Virus record (IMG/VR): IMGVR_UViG_3300009709_000002
Coordinates: 128,001 to 192,000 of that record
From: a virus
Taxonomy: Duplodnaviria > Heunggongvirae > Uroviricota > Caudoviricetes
Direction: 5' to 3' (one strand)
DNA: 64,000 nucleotides
Shown piece after piece: positions 35,942 to 43,511 of this stretch. The position numbers and the translations under genes were made by a program. The notes below the pieces were generated by a model. It made no database searches. It was given only the letters and a program-made list of their open reading frames with translations, and was not told where the DNA came from. Numbering within the stretch: the stretch's first letter is position 1; every line of letters starts with the position of its first letter.

Positions 35942-37041
35942 CAGAATGACAGAAGAGTGGCCGCTGTCTTAGCTGCAAGAAGCGGATTCGGCACATTTTC
36001 CTTCAAATCCCAACGATAGAATTTACGGCCAAGGTGAACTGAGCGCGGGCGCTCCATGTAGGTGTTCATGAACGCTACGCCATCCATCTTGTACCATTCT
36101 TCCGGCCATTCAAAGATTGACCAACCAGCGTGCTTAGCAGCCATCTCACGGAGACCATCGATGAAAACGTTCAGAACCGCTTGACGTTCTGCACGAGTTC
36201 CAGTGAATGGAGTGCCTTTATACCAACCAGCTTTTGGAAGTACGCGAGATTCGTCTTCGATCGGAAGCGGAGTAACCAGCTCGATCGGACGATCAAGCGC
36301 TACCAATGCTTGCTCATAGTCCCGAAGCAGCTCTTTCGTGAAAGCGATCGGATCAGCTTCACGGCAGATATGGTGACGAATGTCAATGCTTCCCCAGTAG
36401 CACGTCATCGAGTCAATGTTCTTCATATCGAAGCCATATTCCGTGATTTCATTCACGATACCCTTCTTGATGATACCACGAAGAGTTCGGCCGTCTTTAC
36501 GGAGAACGAGGGATGTCGGCTTGTAGGCCGAGAATGAGTGTGAGTCACCGATCACCAGGTGTCGAACCTTACCATTGCCATACGTCAAGCCTGGATCTAA
36601 GATCCAATCGGTGATGCCTTTGCAGCGGTCGGAAACCTTCGCCCAGTCCACGCCCTTCCAGTAGTCAGAAGGAGTTCCCTTCTTGATACCACAGCGCCAG
36701 CCGTAGTCGATCATCGGCCAATCAAGCGAGACGTATTTGATGTGGTCATGCTGTGGCCAAGCGAGACGTTCAAAGAACTTCGCCGAGTGCGGTGCAAGAC
36801 CGTCAAATACGTTCAAAACCTTACAAGCTGGTGTGTAATCGACGTCCATGCCGTGATAGATGTAGATCGTGTCATATTGACTCCAATCATCTAGACGAGC
36901 TTCACCACGTTGGTCAAGCACATCTACATCGATGCCAACATTTCGAAGTTGATTAGCGCGGAGCCAAGCCCAGGCCGCGGTGTGTGAATATTCAGTTGAT
37001 GCCAGCTTACGGCAAATCAGGTCAAGTGCAGCTTTAGCCAT
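35941..37041 (-). CDS. Two-domain protein with an SGNH/GDSL-like C-terminal domain
   Basis: LVIGDSH, DGRTLRG, WGSIDIR, RSVHL; probable start MAKAAL. Confidence 0.55.
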   Translation of the reverse strand: MAKAALDLICRKLASTEYSHTAAWAWLRANQLRNVGIDVDVLDQRGEARLDDWSQYDTIYIYHGMDVDYTPACKVLNVFDGLAPHSAKFFERLAWPQHDHIKYVSLDWPMIDYGWRCGIKKGTPSDYWKGVDWAKVSDRCKGITDWILDPGLTYGNGKVRHLVIGDSHSFSAYKPTSLVLRKDGRTLRGIIKKGIVNEITEYGFDMKNIDSMTCYWGSIDIRHHICREADPIAFTKELLRDYEQALVALDRPIELVTPLPIEDESRVLPKAGWYKGTPFTGTRAERQAVLNVFIDGLREMAAKHAGWSIFEWPEEWYKMDGVAFMNTYMERPRSVHLGRKFYRWDLKENVPNPLLAAKTAATLLSF

Positions 37042-37519
37042 TTTGTTCGGCCCAATCAAGATTAAGAGGCTCCGCGAAGACTTCCGTGGTCACAAAGTCA
37101 AAATCTGGCAACTTGAGTGACTTGACGTCAAAACCTTCTGGGATGTTAAAGGTGAGCGTTACGTGTGGGTTGTAGTATGGTCGATCATTGGTTCCACCCA
37201 TCGCCAAGAAATCCTTGTGCATTTCATGGAAGATCGGACAATCTAGGACCAGCACCAAAACGTCTTGCGTTCCAGTTTCTGAGTCAAAGATATCGAAGCG
37301 CAATGATTTAGCGACTATTGTTCTTGGACCAACTTGGTCATAAGCACGCAACACAGTTCTACGGCTAAACAACAGTGTCGTGTGGATACTCTCTACACGT
37401 ACTCTACCGCGATCAAGACCAGACGTCTTAAACCATTCTCTCAGGTTCTTCTTGGTCTCTTTCGTGTAGTAAACGCAGACATACGTCCCTTGCTTTTGTA
37501 GTATGTCTGTCATCTTCAC
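37034..37519 (-). CDS. 2H phosphoesterase, T4 gp57B/Acb1-like
   Basis: GTYV, IHTTLLFSR, YNPHVTLTF (two HxT motifs). Confidence 0.8.
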   Translation of the reverse strand: MKMTDILQKQGTYVCVYYTKETKKNLREWFKTSGLDRGRVRVESIHTTLLFSRRTVLRAYDQVGPRTIVAKSLRFDIFDSETGTQDVLVLVLDCPIFHEMHKDFLAMGGTNDRPYYNPHVTLTFNIPEGFDVKSLKLPDFDFVTTEVFAEPLNLDWAEQNG

Positions 37520-38019
37520 AGCAGTAGTTCTTTAGCGGTTGTGCCAACTAGGTACTTTCCAAGATCTTGCGGTGACAGCAAGCATGAGAACGTTAGCTCC
37601 GTCCGACCACGTGGACCAACAGGGTGGCACATAGCCATACCACGAGGAATGTCAACGTGAATGCACAGCTCGGATTGGCTAAGATCGAGAAGAGTAACTT
37701 CCGACATTTCATAGTTGTTGCTCTGCGGATGGAACAGGAAAGCTTTAAACGCCGAGTTAGAGCACTGAGTGATTTGCACCATGTCGATGTACTGTGATTC
37801 GTCATCGACCACTAGAAGGTGCCATGAGGCTGGAACAAAGAATTCAAGCCCATTGATTCTGACTTTGACGGCTGGACCTGCTGTTTCTTCAAGCCAGCGA
37901 ATTGCGCCTAATTGAAAGTCATGCTCCATGGCATTGAAGTACCAACAATGTCTTGGAATCACCGGTCCATTGACCGAGTCAATTAGGTAAGGAAAATTGT
38001 AATCTGGAAGTATCTGCAT
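37516..38019 (-). CDS. Hypothetical beta-rich protein
   Basis: 167 aa after a TATAAT promoter. Confidence 0.6.
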   Translation of the reverse strand: MQILPDYNFPYLIDSVNGPVIPRHCWYFNAMEHDFQLGAIRWLEETAGPAVKVRINGLEFFVPASWHLLVVDDESQYIDMVQITQCSNSAFKAFLFHPQSNNYEMSEVTLLDLSQSELCIHVDIPRGMAMCHPVGPRGRTELTFSCLLSPQDLGKYLVGTTAKELLL

Positions 38020-38104
38020 CTATTTGTGCTATACGTGATGGTGCTAGTTATGTTGTGATTATAATCCAACGTCAAAAGAGGTGATATTTAATCACCTCTT
38101 TCTC

Positions 38105-39544
38105 TTAAACGAAAAACTTACCAGCGCCATCTGTTGGTGTGTATTTCAATTTTAGCACAGGTGACGTTGGGTAACCGGCATCTTTGTAATACTTCAATCG
38201 CTCTTTTTGGTGCTTCTTAGAGAATTGAAGCTTGGACGCAACATCCTTTACAAAAATCTTCTTCTTGTCACCCTTCTTACGAAGTCCACGACCAACTGAT
38301 TGAATTGCTCGAATGAATGATTTACCAGCTTCAATTAGCACTAGACAGAAAATTCTGTCAATCGAAATACCGGTAGAAGCAATGCCGAATGTTGCGATAA
38401 CGATTAAACCGTCTTGTTCGGCATACTGGTCATAATTCTCCTTTCGTTCATCTTTGCCAGAGCTTCCTGACAAGAAGACCGAGCCTTCAATCAGCTCTTG
38501 AAGCAGCTGACCTTGTGCAATGGAATTAACCAAGACCATGGTGTTTCCGTACTGATCTCGCCATTCTTTGATCTGTTGCGCGAGAATTTTCAACCGATCA
38601 TCATTCTTTGCGAGGTAACCCTTCTCAGATGAGTAATCAGGCAGCTCTGGATCAACGTCTTGCGTGACGACCGGCTCGATCTCAATTTCAGACAGATAGC
38701 CTTGCTCGATCAACCATGACGCAGGTACTTCTCGAAGAATTCGACCAACTGAAAGCTTCAAGTTGTATTGATCTGCGAGCGGCTTCGGGAAAGTTCCAGT
38801 TACACCATAGCGGTGGCTGATGTGCTTTCCGTGAACATTGATCAAATCCTTGATGACAGTCGCCTTAATACCGTGGGCTTCGTCAACGATAAACGCTTGG
38901 AAGTACTGCATGTACTGCGGAGCGTTCTGCAGTGACTGCCAGGTAGCAACTACGATCGGATTGTCAATTTCCTTGGCGCCACCAGAGTAAGCGCCGATGG
39001 TGACTGGAAACAGCTCTAACTTTTCTCTAAGTTCATCAACGGTCTGAGTTACCAGGTCCGATGACGGTACGATGATGATCGTTTGTAGTTTATTGAGGTA
39101 CAGCATCATCGCTAATGCAGCACACATGGATGTCTTACCAGCACCAGTTGCGCAAACAGCGAAACCTGAGCCTTCCTCAAGCAATGCATTTACGACATCA
39201 ACTTGATATGGACGAAGCTTAAAGTGTTCAAGACCGAAGAAGTCTTCTTCTACTCGGTCTGCAATCACCGGAGCTGGTAGACGCTTATCTACCAGCTCAA
39301 TGTCATATCCCCATGTCGCCACAAATGGAAGAATTTCTTCTAAGAGCTTCGTGTAGGTGTTACCCTTGTTGTCAAAGAAGTGAATCTTTCCGTCCCAGCG
39401 ACGAAGCTGGAATTGTGGCATGTGCCTGTACCCTTCAACGAAAACGCCAAGCTTGTCATACAAGAAGGCCACGTCCTGCGGAGCGAGACCTGCAAGTCGA
39501 CAGTTGACTTCATCATCAACGTTGATAGTACAAACCTTGTTCAT
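38105..39544 (-). CDS. uvsW: UvsW-like SF2 helicase
   Basis: LRPYQ, ATGAGKT, DEAH, TGT, QSVGRGLR. Confidence 0.92.
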   Translation of the reverse strand: MNKVCTINVDDEVNCRLAGLAPQDVAFLYDKLGVFVEGYRHMPQFQLRRWDGKIHFFDNKGNTYTKLLEEILPFVATWGYDIELVDKRLPAPVIADRVEEDFFGLEHFKLRPYQVDVVNALLEEGSGFAVCATGAGKTSMCAALAMMLYLNKLQTIIIVPSSDLVTQTVDELREKLELFPVTIGAYSGGAKEIDNPIVVATWQSLQNAPQYMQYFQAFIVDEAHGIKATVIKDLINVHGKHISHRYGVTGTFPKPLADQYNLKLSVGRILREVPASWLIEQGYLSEIEIEPVVTQDVDPELPDYSSEKGYLAKNDDRLKILAQQIKEWRDQYGNTMVLVNSIAQGQLLQELIEGSVFLSGSSGKDERKENYDQYAEQDGLIVIATFGIASTGISIDRIFCLVLIEAGKSFIRAIQSVGRGLRKKGDKKKIFVKDVASKLQFSKKHQKERLKYYKDAGYPTSPVLKLKYTPTDGAGKFFV

Positions 39545-39793
39545 TTATTCATCCTCTGGATCCTGAGGATCTTCCTCATCCGCTTCTACGGTTGGGAATT
39601 CGATCTGTTGATCTTCAGGAAGAATTTGGTTGATTTCATCTACAAATGCATGGAAATACCCACCAGCTTCCGAGCTGTTGTAGCTATTGCCCGCTGCATC
39701 TACTTCACCATCTACTGCTTGAGCTTCGGCGATGTCTTTCAAATTGGAGTTGATGACGGCGATAATGCCGTCGAGAATACGTTCTGCGTTCAT
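39545..39793 (-). CDS. Small acidic protein
   Basis: 82 aa, very D/E-rich. Confidence 0.55.
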   Translation of the reverse strand: MNAERILDGIIAVINSNLKDIAEAQAVDGEVDAAGNSYNSSEAGGYFHAFVDEINQILPEDQQIEFPTVEADEEDPQDPEDE

Positions 39794-39807
39794 TAAAATT
39801 TTCCTGA

Positions 39808-40272
39808 TTAGAGAGTTACATGCTCAAGCTGAGCTACTCTAATCTTCACAATGTTGTTCAAACTGTAACCCATCGCCTGAAGTGCTTCGACGATAGATTG
39901 GAGTTGATTCTTGATGTGAGCTACTTCGAGGACGATTTCATACGCCTGTACGTAGTCTGGCTCACCAGCAATGTACGCCTTGATGTCGGTAGAGCTAAGA
40001 CGTTGTTGACGTCCTTCATTCAAACTTTTGTAAAGACGACCTTCAACTTCACCCATCTTCATGCGAGCCCAGTTTTCGATCGCCTTTGCTTCTTGCAACA
40101 TCAAATCGTAGAACATGAGATTCTGTGCGTGTTCTGCACAAGCTGTCTCAAGTCCTTTGCCGTCAAGCTTAAAGACTGGCTCAGCGGCCAAGATCAATTC
40201 CCGATAAATTTGAAGCTTCTCGGGTACCTTGCTCATTGGAATACGAGAAAGGTCGCTGACAGCAAAGCTCAT
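39808..40272 (-). CDS. uvsY: UvsY recombination mediator
   Basis: Helical; DIKAYIAGE and MGYSLNNIVKIR; lies between uvsW and uvsX. Confidence 0.8.
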   Translation of the reverse strand: MSFAVSDLSRIPMSKVPEKLQIYRELILAAEPVFKLDGKGLETACAEHAQNLMFYDLMLQEAKAIENWARMKMGEVEGRLYKSLNEGRQQRLSSTDIKAYIAGEPDYVQAYEIVLEVAHIKNQLQSIVEALQAMGYSLNNIVKIRVAQLEHVTL

Positions 40273-40275
40273 TGA

Positions 40276-40578
40276 TTATCCTTCGAGTTTGCCGAGAACG
40301 TCGGTTGACTTGATCAGGAAGACCTTTTGGCGGTCACCAGCGTCAAGCTCAACAATTGCGGTCTTCAGCATGACGATAGTATCGCCAGGTTGAATCGGTG
40401 GGACTACGAGCTTACCAGTCTTGAAATCATGGACGCCAGGACCAACTGCGATCACCTTAGCGACGCTTGGCTTTTCCTTCAAGAAACCCGGAATGACGAT
40501 GCCGCCTTTAGCGTGTTCATCTTTCTGGTCTTGGTGAATCTGGACGTAGTCGTGGAGGGGTTTGAATGTGTATGTCAT
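40276..40578 (-). CDS. groES: GroES co-chaperonin
   Basis: KPLHDYV, KGGIVIP, VIAVGPG, PGD, DVLG. Confidence 0.9.
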   Translation of the reverse strand: MTYTFKPLHDYVQIHQDQKDEHAKGGIVIPGFLKEKPSVAKVIAVGPGVHDFKTGKLVVPPIQPGDTIVMLKTAIVELDAGDRQKVFLIKSTDVLGKLEG

Positions 40579-40632
40579 TGTTATTCCTTATAGAGATAGA
40601 GGCGGGTATTTATTCCGCCTCTAGACTGAAAC

Positions 40633-41709
40633 TTAGACTACTACTTCGCCGCCTTCAATCTTGTCGAAACCAGCTTCATCGATTTCATCCGGCGTAGCCA
40701 GAATCGATTCGAATTTAGCTTGGTCGCCCTTGATCTTCGGGTGGCTAAACATTTTGTTGACGAGTTCTTCACCAAGTTCCTTACGTTGGAACTTGATATC
40801 GCCTTCTGGCATCTTCAGTGTGTACCATGCACCACCTTGGACCACGATACCTTCTGCAATCATCAGCTCGAGTAGACCCGAGTACTTGTTCATGCCAGTG
40901 TCGTATGGTACAAGAATTTCAACCTTTTGACCAAGCTTCGCAAAACGAGACTTGAAGGTTTCGATGTACATGCGAATACCAGAAACTTCACCTTCTTCCT
41001 TCAGCTTAAGACGTGTGATCAGAGCGATCTGCGAAGCCGAGTAACGAACAGCGTTGTTGATCTTCCACTTGCCTTCGCCTTCCAGCACGTCAGCAGGGTA
41101 AACCTGGTGAGTCGCTACGAAGGAGATATTAAGTGATTTGATGCGCGAAACGACAGTACGCAGAAAGTGCTTCATCTGCTTTGCACGTTGACCTTGGTCA
41201 CCCTTCTGTTCACCAGCGTTAAAGTGCTGGTTTTCAGATTCGGTCAACAGCATGTCGATCGAGTCCAGACAGATGAATACCTTTGGAGCATTCTCGTTGA
41301 ACTTGCCGTATTCTTTCTCGTACTTCTTGATGAAGTCCGAAACGACAGTCACCACGTCTTGAATTGTAACGACAGAAATACCGAGGAACTTGTCTTCGGA
41401 AGTGGCGACGCCGATCTTACCAAGGTAATCATGGTCGAGTGCGTTTTCTGAGTCAAGTGCTACAATGTAGGCACCGTCAGCCTGAGCCGCACACATGATG
41501 TTCGACAGAACGAACGATTTACCTGAGCCTGATGGACCAGCTAGAATGGTGACACGACCTTGCGGAACACCGCGGCGATAATCACCTGAAAGAATCTTGT
41601 TTGCCGCATAGTTCCCGGTGGTATACCAGTGGGAAGGCGGACGAAAGTCAGTTGTTACGTTTTCTAACTTTTCAAGTTGCTTTTTGAAGTCTTTAATAAA
41701 GGGAAGCAT
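40633..41709 (-). CDS. uvsX: UvsX/RecA recombinase
   Basis: GPSGSGKS, LDSENA, LDSI, KSRF. Confidence 0.93.
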   Translation of the reverse strand: MLPFIKDFKKQLEKLENVTTDFRPPSHWYTTGNYAANKILSGDYRRGVPQGRVTILAGPSGSGKSFVLSNIMCAAQADGAYIVALDSENALDHDYLGKIGVATSEDKFLGISVVTIQDVVTVVSDFIKKYEKEYGKFNENAPKVFICLDSIDMLLTESENQHFNAGEQKGDQGQRAKQMKHFLRTVVSRIKSLNISFVATHQVYPADVLEGEGKWKINNAVRYSASQIALITRLKLKEEGEVSGIRMYIETFKSRFAKLGQKVEILVPYDTGMNKYSGLLELMIAEGIVVQGGAWYTLKMPEGDIKFQRKELGEELVNKMFSHPKIKGDQAKFESILATPDEIDEAGFDKIEGGEVVV

Positions 41710-41788
41710 TAATCGGCCTATGTATTATAGGGTGAAGAGAACATAAGGCCACCTAAGTAGCCTTATGTTCAATGTACTGCGAGGGAGA

Positions 41789-42697
41789 TTACGAAGCCGT
41801 GCGGTTACGCAGGCGAGCCAGGATGTCCTGAGCGCTCAGCTTCTGACCGTCACCTGCTGGTGCGGCTGGAGCTGATGGAGTTTCAGTTGCAGGTGCTTCA
41901 ACCGTTTCCTTCGGTGCAGAGACCTTCTCATCGAGAGCTGCGCTACCTGTCGAAGCAGCAGGAGTCGATGTGGTCGAACCACCGCTCTTGTTGTCTTCAT
42001 ACGAACGACCGGTCATTTCTGCTTCGATCATCGCTTCCATCGCTTCACGTTCGATCTTTGCGTAGCGGAACTTGCTCAGATCATACAGTTCAACGCGATC
42101 CAGGATTGCTGCATCAACCGGAGTTGCCTTGCGACGGAATTCCGAGTTGTCGTAAGAGGCGTATTCGCCTTGCTTCGACTTGATGATGCGGAAGTTGTAA
42201 CCTTCCTGGAAGTCATACGGCATTGCGTCCAGGTCACCCGTGACGATACCAGCTTCAATCTTCTTGTACAGCTTCGGACCGATCGATACCAAGCGAACCG
42301 GATTTTCATCGGCCTTGATTGGGTACTCGAAGGGCGAGCTAACCACTACACCTTGACCGATGTAGTCAATCTTGCGCCAGTACTTCTTACCCATTGCCGT
42401 GTCGCCTTCATTGTAATGCTTTTGCGACAGTTCGCAGCACGGGCATGCTTCACCATACATCTTCAAGCAAGCGATACGCTTCTTTTGACCGTTGATGACG
42501 AGTTCGTGGTACTTATTTTCGACCATGAAGCCAAGCGGATTGTCTTCATTCAGGTCAGGGAAGAAACGCCATTCTGCGATTGCGTCGGTATCCATCTTGT
42601 AGAACGGATAGAACTTATCCCAGAAACCGGTGTTGCCTTCGGAGGAGGTGGACTTCTTGGAGAATGCTGCTTTGAGTTGTTCGAGAGATAATGCCAT
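41789..42697 (-). CDS. gp32-like ssDNA-binding protein
   Basis: RFFPD, CLKMYGEACPCC, GYNFRIIK, YDNSEF. Confidence 0.9.
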   Translation of the reverse strand: MALSLEQLKAAFSKKSTSSEGNTGFWDKFYPFYKMDTDAIAEWRFFPDLNEDNPLGFMVENKYHELVINGQKKRIACLKMYGEACPCCELSQKHYNEGDTAMGKKYWRKIDYIGQGVVVSSPFEYPIKADENPVRLVSIGPKLYKKIEAGIVTGDLDAMPYDFQEGYNFRIIKSKQGEYASYDNSEFRRKATPVDAAILDRVELYDLSKFRYAKIEREAMEAMIEAEMTGRSYEDNKSGGSTTSTPAASTGSAALDEKVSAPKETVEAPATETPSAPAAPAGDGQKLSAQDILARLRNRTAS

Positions 42698-42780
42698 GAT
42701 GCTTACTTCCTAACTTATTAACGTTGTTTGTGCTACACTTATTAACCTTGCCACGGCGTTGCACCGTTGACAGAGACTAT

Positions 42781-43284
42781 TTATACTAAACCAAATGAAG
42801 ATTGATGTAAATTTTTAGTTTTCATCAGGAGATGAGAAATCAATGGATATTGTTCCTTGCTCCTAAAACGCTTCCAGTATTGCGGGTGCGAGAAATGCAC
42901 ATGCACGATACCAGCTTTTACACACGCCGAACGAGCCGTGTTTCCCAGAGCAATGACTTCGGACGGTTGCAGTCGGTCCACTATCGCCAGCAGATCAACT
43001 TTCGATCCATCATTGTTGAGTACGTTCAACCAGAAGAATTTCTCCTCTTGAAGATCTTCCAGCTCCATTTGCCAATTCAACCAACCAGAGCAAGCCCTAG
43101 TTGAACAGAATGGTTTTTGATCTGGATCATTGATCGGATCAGAAGCTTGTTCACCTAAGATGAGGATATTTCCCCTCTTAAACAAACCAGCACCTGGTTG
43201 AGAAGTCGGACAAGATTCCGACGCTAAAGACATGCGGAGATTGACTCTCCGCTCTAAAGCTAGTTGCTTATCAACAGTTTTCAT
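42781..43284 (-). CDS. Uracil-DNA glycosylase-superfamily protein
   Basis: ILILGEQAS, PF, WLN, VIALGNTA, HPQY. Confidence 0.65.
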   Translation of the reverse strand: MKTVDKQLALERRVNLRMSLASESCPTSQPGAGLFKRGNILILGEQASDPINDPDQKPFCSTRACSGWLNWQMELEDLQEEKFFWLNVLNNDGSKVDLLAIVDRLQPSEVIALGNTARSACVKAGIVHVHFSHPQYWKRFRSKEQYPLISHLLMKTKNLHQSSFGLV

Positions 43285-43351
43285 CGCGGTTTGGTATTGC
43301 TAGAATGATGATTGTATTACCGCTATCAACCGTTGTATATTTTAAGATGAA

Positions 43352-43468
43352 TTACGCCGTGGTCGTTGTGTTCTCACTTTCGAACCACTTTTGCTCAAGG
43401 TAAGCCTCGGCAAAGTAAACGGCGTAGGACAGAGCGACGAAAGAGAGGAGTACAACGATGTTTTTCAT
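43352..43468 (-). CDS. 38-aa single-TM peptide (not in ORF track)
   Basis: MKNIVVLLSFVALSYAVYFAEAYLEQKWFESENTTTTA; AGGT SD; late promoter at 43503. Confidence 0.5.
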   Translation of the reverse strand: MKNIVVLLSFVALSYAVYFAEAYLEQKWFESENTTTTA

Positions 43469-43511
43469 GATAGCACCTAATAGTGGGAGGAAAGTCTCCC
43501 ACTATTTATGC

